Shown here in pieces: positions 1 to 12,064 of a stretch of 64,000 bases of DNA; position 1 is the first letter of the stretch; the number at the start of each line of letters is the position of its first letter. Position numbers and translations under genes: made by a program. The notes under the pieces are model-generated. The model searched no databases and had not been told where the DNA came from. It saw only the letters and a program-made list of their open reading frames with translations. This DNA comes from Octopus sinensis (taxonomy: Eukaryota): positions 14,880,001 through 14,944,000 of the forward strand of contig NC_043020.1 of NCBI RefSeq assembly GCF_006345805.1, read 5' to 3'.

Positions 1-418
1 TGCTCATATGGGACAGTTTGATAGGAGTTGGCAAGGCCAGGGGCCACACCATAATCTGCTTGGCACTGTTTCTATAGCTGGATGCCCTTCCTAATGCCAA
101 CCACTTTAAAGAGTTGATAAATAATTCTGCCAATTCAGTGTGATGGAATGAAAGAATTATTTGAACATAAGACAAAATGCCTTGTAGTGGCAGTTCTGGT
201 CTTTTTGTGTTCTGTGCTTGAATTTTATGTCAGGATTCAAATTGTGCTTAGAACCATGTCATCACCTATTTTCACCATGGGAGAAGGTGTCATGATAGAC
301 AACGACAGACTGTGGCACCGGTATCTGTCTGCAAGTGCTATGGATACAGGGGCTATGAAGATGAAGCACTGTGAAAATTGAACTTGTGTACTCTTTTCTT
401 CTCACTAATTAAACTTAC

Positions 419-471
419 TGGGGAAGGTCTCAAGATTTCATAAAACCCAAAAATATCCCCAACAACAACAA
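419..471 (-). CDS. Candidate small exon (VVVGDIFGFYEILRPSP)
   Basis: Minus-strand tattttgtag acceptor and CA|GTAAGT donor around an open 53-nt frame; no recognisable homology. Confidence 0.2.
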
Positions 472-627
472 CTACAAAATACCTTGTATTTAAGTTCTGA
501 GTTAAAATTCAGTGGATTTTGACTTTGAAGGCGGATGTGATCCTTCTGTCCTCTTCTCAGTCTCTTTGTACAAAGCCCAATCTTTCTATCTCTATTTTAG
601 CATATATGTCCACCATCAACTGTTTGG

Positions 628-1010
628 TTACTGAATTGAAGAAAGCAAGTCTGGCATTTTACCGGCCTCTCCTCTTCTGAGGATTGAATAGTGGAGCTGG
701 CAAATTACTGCTCCAGCAGTTGCAATTCTAGCACCCATTTCAGCTTCCTGCTGCCAATCACTCATGAATATGGCTCTGAGATACTTGAACTTCTCCACTT
801 GCCTCAGTGATGTTCCACTAACATGCAAAGTGCACTGAGTTTCTTCAGAAGACCAATGTATCAGTCTTTGGAACATTGATTCTTATCCCTGCCTTGCAGC
901 ACTTGGCAGTGAGTCCATTCAGTGCTTGCTGGAATGTCATCTGCAAATATCAGCTAACCCATCCTACACCCCCTGATAGTGATACCACTTCCATAACAGC
1001 CGCACATGTC
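628..1010 (-). mobile_element. Degenerate RTE-clade LINE reverse transcriptase fragment
   Basis: LRQVEKFKYL...ARIATA motif in ORF 628..876; decayed FADD-like motif (tttgcagatgac) upstream. Confidence 0.7.
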
Positions 1011-1044
1011 AATCCAGTTCTTAAAAATTAATGACACTACATAC

Positions 1045-1850
1045 ATCATCATCATCATCATCATCGTTTAACGTCTGTTTTCCATGCTCACATGGCTTGG
1101 ACGATTTGACTGAGGACTGGCAAACCAGATGGCTGCACCAGGCTCCAATCTGATTTGGCATAGTTTCTACAGCAGGATGCCCTTCCTAACACCAACCACT
1201 TTTCTAACTAGAAAGGGTATGGCCTGGTCAGCCTGTAATGATATGCATAAGATCTGGTCATCAAATCTAAGTAGAGACTTCAAACTTGAAATCTTCAAAG
1301 CCACAGTCAAACCAATTCTACTATATGGCTCAGAAACCTGGACGTTATCAAAGAAGCTTGAGAGGCGGTTGGATGGAACCTACACTTGCCTCCTTATGAG
1401 AGCTCAAAATCTCTCGTGGAAGCGCCATCCAACCAAAATGCAAATATATGGGAAACTACCACCTGTGTCATCTCTTGTGAAAGGTAGGAGAGTCCAGTTT
1501 GCTGGACATTGTTGTAGAGCTGAAAAAGAGGTAATTTTTACTCTTCTCCTCTGGAAGCCATCTACTTGCAATACCAGAGGGCGCACACTCTCCTACCCTG
1601 ATGTAATCTCCAGGAATACAGGCATCCAGCAACAGGACCTCCATAATGCCATGATGGACCATGAAGTCTGGCGTAGCATGGTAAATTCCATTGTCTCAAC
1701 CACGGTCGAACAATGATGATGATGATGAGTGGGTGCTTTTACGTGCCACCGGCACGAGGGCCAGTCAGGTGGTACTGGCAATGGCCACACTCAAATAGTG
1801 TTTTTTTACGTGCCACCTGCACAGGAACCAGTCCAGCAGCACTGGCAATG
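1045..1850 (-). repeat. RTE-type 3' tail repeat ((CAT)n-cgtttaacgtc...), interrupted by an RTE insertion at 1201-1727
   Basis: Same family as 2228-2537, 12987-13602, 26100-26870, 28374-28597, 35418-35806, 37098-37466, 38435-38985, 41038-41310 and 50940-51108. Confidence 0.8.
1201..1727 (+). mobile_element. 5'-truncated RTE-clade LINE 3' end with (TGA)n tail
   Basis: KLEIFKATVKPILLYGSETWTLSK...GHCCR..RGR motifs; stop codon runs directly into (TGA)n; near-identical copies at 21890 and 49590. Confidence 0.9.
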
Positions 1851-2684
1851 ATTTATGGTGATAGCCAGTTGAGCATCTGTGGACATCAGTTTGTGGTTGG
1901 CTGTGCTAGACTAAAGAAGTTTAATTTTTACACCTAAAAGACATTTTTTAAACCAATGAACCCCTTTGATTCCTATTTTGCTCAGTTGGACTCTCATAAC
2001 CATTCAATGTTTAAAAATATTTTTATATTTGGCATTCAGTCAATTAAAGTAGCAAGTCTATCAAAATTCCCAGCTGATCTGTCTGCAATTTCCGTAAAGA
2101 ATTTTTATTTATTTACTATTGTTTTCATATCCTGTTGAAGCTGATATTTGCTCTGAAGTTGGTGAGAGAGGAGAAAAGTGAAACACACAACCATTATTTT
2201 TAATATACATGTACATACATAAATACGATCGTTACCAGCGTCGCCTTACTGGCACATGAAAAAACATTCAAGCGAGGTCGTTGCCAGTGCCACTGACTGG
2301 CTCCTGTGCAGGTGGCATGTAAAAAACACCATCTGAGCGTGGTCATTGCCAGTACCACTCGACTGGCCCTCATGCCAGTGGCACGTAAAAGCACCCACTA
2401 CACTCTCGGAGTGGTTGGCGTTAGGAAGGGCATCCATCAGTAGAAACTCTGCAAGATCAAGACTGGAGCCTGGTGCAGCATCTGGTTCGCCAGTCCCCAG
2501 TCAAATTGTCCAACCCATTAAACGATGATGATGATGATATACATTTTTTTGTATGTATGTATTTATGTACATATATATGAAAGATGAGTGTACGTGTGTA
2601 TGTGTGTGAAAGAGAGTTCAGCTTTATGCATTTGTATTCAGGTTCTCACACACACTCACACCCATTATCTTTCCTGTGGCTATA

Positions 2685-2847
2685 GGCGCAGGAGTGGCTG
2701 TGTGGTAAGTAGCTTGCTAACCAACCACATGGTTCCGGGTTCAGTCTTACTGCGTGGCATCTTGGGCAAGTGTCTTCTACTATAGCCCAGGGCCGACCAA
2801 TGCCTTGTGAGTGGATTTGGTAGACGGAAACTGAAAGAAGCCCGTCG

Positions 2848-2884
<37 letters not shown>

Positions 2885-3075
2885 ATGTGTTTGTCCCCCA
2901 GTATTGCTTGACAACCGATGCTGGTGTGTTTACATCTCCGTCACTTAGCGGTTCGGCAAAAGAGACCGATAGAATAAGTACTGGGCTTACAAAGAATAAG
3001 TCCCGGGGTTGATTTGCTCGACTAAAGGCAGTGCTCCAGCATGGCTGCAGTCAAATGACTGAAACAAGTAAAAAA
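2685..3075 (+). mobile_element. tRNA-derived SINE family A (octopus OK/OR-like) with internal (TA)n(TG)n
   Basis: Head ggcgcaggagtggctgtgtggtaag (A box) ... gggttcagtc (B-box-like); tail actgaaacaagtaaaa; more than a dozen full or partial copies in the window. Confidence 0.9.
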
Positions 3076-3314
3076 GAAAATATATATATATATATATATA
3101 ATACATACATACAAAAAAAGATGTATGTATATGTATTTATGTATGTGTATATGAAAGATAATGTGTGCATGTGTGTGAATAAATGTGTGAGGGAGTGTGT
3201 TTCACTATTCAACTCCTGGGCTTGAAAATCAATGGGTGTGTGTGTGTGCTGGCATGTGTTTCACTTTTGATTTCTCTCACCGACTTCAAGTAAATGTCGG
3301 CTTCAACAAGGTAT

Positions 3315-3723
3315 ACTCTCTCTTTACTCTTTTACTTGTTTCAGTCATTTGACTGTGGCCATGCTGGAGCACCGCCTTTAGTCGAGCAACTCAACCCCGG
3401 GACTTATTCTTTGTAAGCCCAGTACTTATTCTATCGGTCTCTTTTGCCGAACCGCTAAGTTACGGGGACATAAACACACCAGCATCGGTTGTCAAGCAAT
3501 GCTAGGGGGACAAACACAGACACACAAACATATACACACACATATATATATACATATATACGACAGGCTTCTTTCAGTTTCCGTCTACCAAATCCACTCA
3601 CAAGGCATTGGTCGGCCCGAGGCTATAGCAGAAGACACTTGCCCAAGATGCCACACAGTGGGACTGAACCCGGAACCATGTGGTTGGTAAGCAAGCTACT
3701 TATCACACAGCCACTCCTGCGCC
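3315..3723 (-). mobile_element. SINE family A
   Basis: Full reverse-complement copy ending cactcctgcgcc. Confidence 0.9.
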
Positions 3724-4333
3724 TGTAAACAAAAGTAAATAAATAAAAATTCTTCACGAAAATTGCCAAAGAAATTAGCTGGGAATTTTGATAGACTTGC
3801 TACTTTAATCGAAAGAACGCCTTATATTTCTGGTCTTTTATTCTTTTACTTGTTTCAGTCATTTGACTGTGGCCATGCTGGAGCACCACACTGAAGTGTT
3901 TTAGTCGATCAAATCGACCCCAGGACTTATTGTGTGTGTTTTTGCGTCAGATTGATAGAATAAGTACTAGGCTTTAAAGCCTAGTACTTATTCTATCAGT
4001 CTCTTTTGCTGAACCACTAGGTTACAGGGATGTAAACACATGAACACCGGTTGTCAAGCAGTGATGGGGTGAGGGTAGACAAACTGACACAAAAACACAC
4101 ACACATATAGATATATATTCTTCTTCTTTTATTCTTTTACCTGTTTCAGTCATTTGACTGCGGCCATGCTAGAGCACCACCTTTAGTCGAGCAAATCGAC
4201 CCCGGGACTTATTCTTTGTAAGCCCAGTACTTATTCTGTTGGTCTCTTTTGCCGAACCACTAAGTGACAGGGACGTAAACACACCTGCATCGGTTGTCAA
4301 GCAATGCTAGGGGGACAAACACAGACACACATA

Positions 4334-5627
4334 CGAGGGGCATTCAATAAGTAATGCCCCTGACCCACTTCCCATAGCATTAGAGCAACGAAACTTGGCA
4401 CAGTTATTAGTCTTTTTCTACATAGGAACCACCCAGAGTTACGCCTTTCTCCTATCGTTTGATGCAGCTCTGGAGACCGTTTTTGTAGAAGACCCCAGGT
4501 TGGTCCTCCAACCACGACGTGACTTCAGAAATCAAGGCTACATTATCTGGGAAACGCTTTCCTTTCAAAAACAACTTCATGACTCGGAAGGGGTGAAAAT
4601 CAGAGGGTGCAAGGTCAGGAGAGTAGGGGGGATGGGAGAGGAGTTCATAGCCGCACACCTGTGCTTCTGATCAGGCGACACGCAAGTTGTGGACCGGAGC
4701 ATTGTCCTGCAGGAGGAGGATGCCTTTACTGATCTTGCCCCGCCTCTTGATTTTGATAGCTTCTCTTAATTTCCTCAAAAATGAAGCATAATAGACTCCT
4801 GTAATTGTGGTACCCTTTGCCAGGAAATCTGTTATCACTACTCCGTCCTGATCCCAGAAGACTGTGAGCATGACCTTGCCAGCGGTGGGCTGCACCCTTG
4901 CCTTCTTTGGAGGAGGTGAGTCACGGTGCTTCCACTGCATTGACTGGGCTTTGGTCTCTGGATTATAGTGATGGACCCAAGTTTCATCCTGTGTAATCAG
5001 TCTTTTGAAAAATTTTGACTCATCTTCTTGGCACATCTCCAAATTCATCCTCGAGCACTCAACGCGTTCTTGCTTCTGGAAAGGTGTGAGCAACCTGGGA
5101 ATCCATCTGGCAGACACCTTTTGCATATGCAAATGGTCATGAATGATAGTTTCCACAGACCCGGTACTAATCTTGACCTCATGGGCTATTTGGCGAATAC
5201 TTATGCGTCGATCTTCCAAAATGGCAGCCTTAACTAGACGGACAGATGCCTCATCAATGGCAGAAGTGGGGCGACCAGATCTGGGAGCCTGTTTCCACAG
5301 AGTTCCGACCATGTTTGAATTCACGATGCCAGTGTTTTACAAGGTCATATGATGGGGCATCATCACCATAAGTTACTTTCATTTCATCAAAAGTCTCCCA
5401 TGGTGTGCATCCTTTCAAATACAAAAACCGGATCACTGCTCGACACTCAACAGGCTCCATTTCACACTTGACTCAGTTCAAACACCTGTAAATCAGAAAC
5501 CACAATTAGTTCAGAGCTGTAATTTGCCACTTAATCTATAGAGACATAAATAATTGCACATGCAAAATTTCAGCTAGATCAAACAACTGCAAGTGGGTCA
5601 GGGGCATTACTTATTGAACATCCCTCG
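4334..5627 (-). mobile_element. Full-length mariner (Tc1/mariner, D34D, irritans-like) inserted into the TA tract of a SINE A copy (4125-5826)
   Basis: ~37-bp TIRs cgaggggcattcaataagtaatgcccctgacccactt / aagtgggtcaggggcattacttattgaacatccctcg; TA target duplication at 4332-33 and 5628-29; ~1.3 kb. Confidence 0.97.
4410..5460 (-). pseudogene. Mariner transposase, disrupted (frameshift ~5290, stop at 4671, C-terminal stops)
   Basis: RAVIRFLYLKG, WIPRLL, ITQDETWVHHYNPE, LLQDNAPVH, HPPYSPDLAPSDF; 34 residues between the 2nd and 3rd catalytic Asp. Confidence 0.95.
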
Positions 5628-5630
5628 TAC

Positions 5631-5661
<31 letters not shown>

Positions 5662-6259
5662 TACAACAGGCTTCTTTCAGTTTCTGTCTACCAAATCCAC
5701 TCACAAGGCATTGGTCAGCCCGAGGCTATAGCAGAAGACACTTTCCCAAGATACCACACAGTGGGACTGAACCCGGAACCATGTGATTGGTAAGCAAGCT
5801 ACTTACCACACAGCCACTCTGCGCCTATATGTAATGGTATGTTATTCGTTGAAGTCGAGGGTCACCAATCGTAACAGTTTGATATTATGATATATGTTGG
5901 AGTTGGCAGTTAACAATTGTAACGCTAAATTAGGTGGTTTTAGCCAGTTGTAATCCATGAGTAATAATTATTCGGAAGTTGGCAACTGTTTCAGGTGTTG
6001 CTGTTGCAGGTGTGCACGATGGAAGAAGAACAGTGATCGAAGTTGTAAAGAAATGCTCTGCTTTGATAAGGCAGGTGTGGTATAAGTGGTATAATTGAAG
6101 AGCATGCGAGGTTAAGAAAGTTCATTTCGGCCTGTATGTGTGTACACGTCCTTATTGTAACAGTAAACCATAGATAGTGATAGTGTGATGTTGTAAGAGA
6201 AAAGAAATTGAGCTAGTGAAAGTTATAAAGTCTCATAGTTGGCTGATTGTAACCTTCTT

Positions 6260-7072
6260 GGATCTTTTCCTTTTGAACGGCACTTTGTAACATAATTTCT
6301 AGGAAACTAAAAAGTTTTAAACTTTGTATACTGGTAGAATGTGTTTATAAAACATCATTTTCTCTTGGCTTTATTGAGAAAATTTTATATGTTGTAACAT
6401 ATTTCGTCTTTAATTTCGAGCATTTCGGCAATTTTAACCAATCGCTAACCTCCATTTAGGTAAATAACATTCTGTGCATAATGAATATGTCCCTCCTTTA
6501 AGAAACAGATTGAGTTTATTTACATTTGTGAAGAAAAAAAGATACCTTTCCCCCACCCCTAACTAAACCTAACTCTAACCCTAAATCTAAAATAGATTAA
6601 AATGCAATAGATCGATACTAGGGCCATATAATTATGGGTGACATTTTCATTTGACACCGCTAGAAAAAAATCCCATTTTCCGTAGCGGTGTCGTATGAAA
6701 TTGTCACCCATAATTATAACCCTAGTATCGATCTATTGCATTTCAATCTATTTTAGATTTAGGGTTAAGGTTAGGGGTGGGGGAAGGGTATCTTTTTTCT
6801 TCACAAATGTAAATAAACTCAATCTGTTTCTTAAAGGAGGGGCATATTCATTACGCACAGAATGTTATTTACCTAAATGGAGGTCAGCGATTGGTTAAAA
6901 TTGCCGAAATGCTCGAAGTTAAAGACGAAATATGTTACAACATATAGAATTTTCTCAATAAAGCCACGAAAAAATGATGTTTTAATAACACATTCTACTA
7001 GTATACGAAGTTTAAAAGTGTTTAGTTAACTGGAAATTGTGTTGAAAAGTGCCGTTCAAAAGGAAAAGATCC
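6260..7072. mobile_element. Fold-back inverted dimer of a GG..CC MITE (Merlin-like)
   Basis: ~400-bp arms, each matching the monomer at 9168-9588; termini ggatcttttcc/ggaaaagatcc; flanked by cttctt direct repeat. Confidence 0.85.
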
Positions 7073-7192
7073 CTTCTTTCTCCCTCTACCCGTTTGTCTT
7101 TTGTGGCCATGACTTTGGTCCCCTCCGCCAAAATTGCTGACCTGCCAATATTTGAAACCAATATTTCAGCATGTTAACATAATACGACTTAC

Positions 7193-7239
7193 AAATTCAT
7201 TAATCAATCTGTTTCTTGTCCAGCGCAAGGGTCGGTCCT
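7193..7239 (-). other. Candidate 47-nt exon
   Basis: gttctgttacag acceptor and TT|GTAAGT donor in non-repeat DNA. Confidence 0.35.
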
Positions 7240-7617
7240 CTGTAACAGAACATATTGACCATTTCAGGAGATGACAAGATAATGGAATCACCAAAAAGCT
7301 GCAATGGAATTGTGTCAGTCACCTATTGGCAGAAGTTCGACGAAGCTGTCTGATATTTCATAATAGACTGTGCTACGAAAAGTAAATATAACAATTTTAT
7401 GCATTGTTTATTTTATGACCAAACTGGCTCTTCCATGACGTAATTATTTTTAGTTTCATCACATGCTCTCAGATCAAGGGACTCGACAAACTCCGAAATA
7501 GAAAACTAGTCGTTTGCTTTCGTTGGTTAAAGTCTCTCTCTCTCTCTCTCTCTTTCGCGTTTTATTTACATTTAGAACAATATCGTCTCTGATTTAACGG
7601 ACATATAATACAAAAAA

Positions 7618-8025
7618 GGCAGCGAGCTGGCAGAAACGTTAGCACGCCGGACGAAATGCGCAGCCGTATTTCGTCTGCTACATTCTGGGTTCAAATTCCG
7701 CTGTAGTCGACTTTGCCTTTCATCCTTTCGAGGTCGATAAATTAAGTACCAGTTAGGCACTGGGGTCGATGTAATCGACTTAATACCTATGTCTGTCCTT
7801 GTTTGTCCCCTCTGTGTTTAGCCCCTTGTGGGTAATAAAGAAATACGTATTTCGTCTGCTACATTCTGGGTTCAAATTCCGCCGAGGTCGACTTTGCCTT
7901 TCATCCTTTCGAGGTCGATAAATTAAGTACCAGTTACGCACTGGGGTCGATGTAGTCGACTTAATTCGTTTGTCTGTCCTTGTTTGTCCCCTCTATGTTT
8001 AGCCCCATATGGGTAATAAAGAAAC
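7618..8025 (+). mobile_element. tRNA-derived SINE family B, tandem dimer
   Basis: Head ggcagcgagctggcagaaacgttagc, B box gttcaaattcc; 3' ~180 bp repeated; acatataat target duplication. Confidence 0.9.
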
Positions 8026-8503
8026 ACATATAATCAAATACGTTTTCTTCGCAGTACTTAGACTTACATAATACAATACCAATATTTTTCCATTTCTAAT
8101 ACGAAAGCGTATGATTAGAAGGATTTTAGTTGCTATTTCTAAAAGGGGGAACGATCACTACAGGCTTCTTCGTTTGCTCGTGTTTACTTACTGTTGTTTT
8201 AACACCAGGTCAAACCTGTCTGAACAGAGCTTTGATCAAGGGTATTTTAGTCGTGACACTCCTGTCTTTTTCTAGGACTACATTATAACGAAGAAATGTT
8301 TACAAGTGGCTTCTGATAAAACGAGGACAACAGCTGTTGTAGGCTGATTGCAAGAGAAAAGGTCTTATGCGCGCACGTGTATGAGAGGGAAGAGGGAGAG
8401 ACAGAGCACACAAAGAGAGAATAAACGAAACGTGGATGTTGAAATTGAAATTTCTGCTTTTTTACCAGTTATTGGGTGAAACATCCATAATATAAAGAAT
8501 ATT

Positions 8504-8925
8504 GGCGATCTTTCGTCTCTAGTAGACCTTTCCGTCGATTTCCGTAAAAAAAAATTTGTTTTTTACATATGGGCTTGCGGGAACTTTTGAAGTAATATAC
8601 ATACATATACACATACACCGAGTAAAAAATTTCAGTTATCTCTTTCTTTCACACATTACTCTGTCTCTTCACACACACTAACAGAAGCACTTCACTTACA
8701 CAACATACTGTGTGTCTCCTACACCCCATCAAACACACACACACACATGTACATCAATGCTTCCCCTGGACGGTAACTTCAAAAGAACTTCCCTCGTCAT
8801 ACAATCGCTTTCCCTTAGTCTCTTTCGCTCTCGTTACTTCAAAAGTTCCCGCAAGCCCATATGTAAAAAGAAAATTTTTTTTACGGAAATTGACGGAAAC
8901 GTGCTACTACAAACGAAAGATCGCC
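8504..8925. mobile_element. MITE with ~90-bp TIRs (GG..CC termini)
   Basis: ggcgatctttcgt...gggcttgcgggaacttttgaagtaa vs ttacttcaaaagttcccgcaagccc...acgaaagatcgcc; no clean TSD. Confidence 0.85.
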
Positions 8926-9167
8926 GATAATTTTACGATATTTAAGCGAGGAAAGAAAAAAACAGTATATTTTTTTTAGATAAGAATAACGAATCTTACA
9001 TAAAATCAATTGTTGTTGTTGCCATCAGGTACGCAAAACCGGAAACCAAAAGTTAAAACAGAGGAAACGGAACTGAAAACGAAACTATTGAGAGAGAGAG
9101 AGAGAGAATTTTTTTTTAAACCCTGGGGTCGAGTACTGGTTCTGTCAAGCTGGAAGGGAGTGATTCG

Positions 9168-9588
9168 GGATCTTTTCGGTTTAAACGGCAGTTTTTTCTA
9201 GCGGTGTCATATGAAATTGTCACCTAGAATTATGACCCTAGTATCGATCTATTACATTTCAATCTGTTTTAGGGTTAGGGTTAGTTAGGGGTGGAGGAAG
9301 GGTATCTTTTTTCTTCACAAATGTAAATAAACCCAATCTGCTTTTTAAACGAGGGACATATTCTTTATGCACAGGATGTTTTTTTACCTCAATAGACGTC
9401 AGTGATTGGTTGAAATTGCAGAAATTGAAGAAAAAAAAACTACAAATATCTTACAAACTATAGAATTTTCTCAATAAAGCCAAGAGAAAAAGATGTTTTA
9501 TAAACACATTCTACCAGTATACGAAATTTAAAATTTTTTAGTTACCTAGAAATTATGTTAAAAACTGCCGTTCAAACCGAAAAGATCC
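9168..9588. mobile_element. Merlin-like MITE monomer
   Basis: TIR ggatcttttcggttt(a/g)aacggcagttttt; exact 8-bp TSD gtgattcg (9160-67, 9589-96); GG..CC termini. Confidence 0.88.
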
Positions 9589-9609
9589 GTGATTCGCTTC
9601 CTTACTCAC

Positions 9610-9644
9610 AGTATATCGGACATAGGCTGTGTGCTGTTAACCAG
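9610..9644 (-). other. Candidate 35-nt exon
   Basis: cgtcttttccag acceptor and CT|GTGAGT donor. Confidence 0.4.
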
Positions 9645-10486
9645 CTGGAAAAGACGTTTTTCTGGGGTTAAAATGTAACATAATCCTTTATAGAACTGCC
9701 ATGTAGTGTTTAAAAAATGTTACTGTCTAGTATTGTTGCTACTTAAATCGTTAAGAGATTTTAGAACTTGCTGTTTTGTTCGTTTATCATGCAAACTTTA
9801 AGTTTTAGAAATAAATTGGCAGTGAATATCTTATTGTTGGAATTACTGGTGTTATTAATTTGGCGGAATTCTGGTTTATTACTTCTTTATTTTTTGGAAG
9901 TGTCAGAAAATTTTTGCGAATTCATACTATTAGACAAAAACAGAGAAAAAAATTTTTCTTAATTCCCTCCTCTACCCATAAATCCTAAAATTTCCACGCT
10001 TTCTCAAAGTTTAGACTGTGGCCGTGCTGGGGCACCGCCTTGAAGGATTTCTAGTTGATGAACCATCTCCAGTACCTATTTTTGAGCCAGGTATTTTTTC
10101 TATTGGTCTCTTTTGCCGCACTGCTAAGTTGTGGGGTAGGTACGTAAACATATCGCCAGCGGTTGTTGAGTGGTGGTGGTGGTGGTGGTGGTGGGGGACA
10201 AACACAGACACACATACATATGTATTCGATGGGCTTCTTTCAGTTTCCGTTTACCAAATCCACTCTCAAAGCTTTGGTCTGCCTGAGGCTGTAGTGGAAA
10301 GTACTTGCCTTAGGTGCCATGCAGTAGCACTGAACCCAGAACTCTGGGGTTAGGAAGTCAGCTTCTAACCACACAGCCATTGATTACATCAACCCCAGTC
10401 TTTCACTGGTACTCAATTTATTGGCCCCCAAAAGGATGAAAGGCAAAGTCGACTTCAGTAGAACTTGAACCCTGAATGTAAAGATG

Positions 10487-10890
10487 GGCGCAGGAGTGGC
10501 TGTGTGGTAAGTAGCTTGCTAACCAACCACATGGTTCCGGGTTCAGTCCCACTGCGTGGCACCTTGGGCAAGTGTCTTCTGCTATAGCCCCGGGCCAACC
10601 AATGCCTTGTGAGTGGATTTGGTAGGCAGAAACTGAAAGAAGCCTGTCGTATATATATATATATGTATGTGTGTATTTGTGTGTCTGTGTTTGTCCCCCT
10701 AGCATTGCTTGACAACCGATGCTGGTGTGTTTACGTCCCCGTCACTTAGCAGTTCGGCAAAAAGAAACCGATAGTATAAGTACTGGGCTTACAAAGAATA
10801 AGTCCCGGGGTCGATTTGCTCGACTAAAGGCGGTGCTCCAGCATGGCCGCAGTCAAATGACTGAAACAAGTAAAAGATAAAGATAAAGAT
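10487..10890 (+). mobile_element. SINE family A nested in a SINE B-type fragment
   Basis: Full head-to-tail match with (AAAGAT)n tail; B-type sequence on both sides. Confidence 0.85.
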
Positions 10891-11035
10891 AAAATGGAAG
10901 AAATGCTGCTAAGCATTTTGACTGGTTTGCTAATGATTTTGCCAGCTCACCGCTTTAAGATTCCCTATAATGGATTCTCAACCATTTTTTATCTATGGAC
11001 CCCTTTGATTATTATTTTATTCTGGTCCCCACATA

Positions 11036-11287
11036 TATTTCTTTACTACCCACAAGGGGCTAAATACAGAGAGGACAAACAAGGACAGACAAACGGACTA
11101 AGTCGATTATATCGACCCCAGTGCGTAACTGGTACTTAATTTATCGACCCCGAAAGGTTGAAAGGCAAAGTCGACCTCGGCGGAATTTGAACTCAGAATG
11201 TAACGGCAGACGAAATACGGCTACGCATTTCGCCCAGCATGCTAACATTTCTGCCAGCTTGCCGCCTTGACCCCACATAGCCATTCA
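11036..11287 (-). mobile_element. SINE family B inserted in a decayed hAT-like MITE (~10968-11540)
   Basis: Full reverse copy flanked by ccccacata duplication. Confidence 0.85.
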
Positions 11288-11599
11288 ATATTTAAAAACT
11301 AGTTTTAGAGAAACGTTTTTCAAAATTCCTATTTTGTTTTTCACACATTAACTTGTGTAGGTTGAACTATGTAAAATGTTAGAGAAAGAACCCTAGCTGT
11401 TTCGTGCAATACTCACCACTACATACATCTAAAACAAAATTTTTTCATGCGCCCTTAAAAATAGCATTGGGGATCCTCAATTTTCTGTTTTGTTGCATAG
11501 ACCCTCAAAAATGTTATATGGACCCTGGTTGAGAAACACATACTCTATTATAACACTGTTTACTGTAGAATATCAACTGATGGCTTGAAATATATATGA

Positions 11600-12033
11600 A
11601 ATAGGTTGGAGCTTTCTCATCTCACATTGAATCAAACTTCCTATCTCCTTGATGGATATGAAGATATTTGAGCTCTTCGGTTTCATTGTATCTATACATT
11701 CTGCAACCACCTAGCATTCCACATAGTTTTGAAATATCTTCTCTACATCCTCTGCTGTCTTCACAGGAATTGTTGAGGGAGGAGGCAGCCAGAGTGCTGA
11801 AGGTGTGGGTGTTGTGATGAAGTTCCACACAATGATTCTGCAGTTTTTATATGGAAAAAAAAACAATATAGGCGCAGGAGTGGCTGTGTGGTTAGTAGCT
11901 TGCTTACCAACCACACAGTACCTGGTTCAGTCCCACTGCGTGGCACCTTGGGCAAGTGTCTTCTACTATAGCCTCGGGCCGACCAATGCCTTGTGAGTGG
12001 ATTTGGTAGACAGAAACTGAAAGAAGCCCGTCA

Positions 12034-12064
<31 letters not shown>

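Noticed and set aside
3489-3728. Recurrent ORFs such as MLGGQTQTH... and MSSNARGTNT... resembling a gene family
   Set aside because: Antisense readings of SINE A copies, with variable frameshifts
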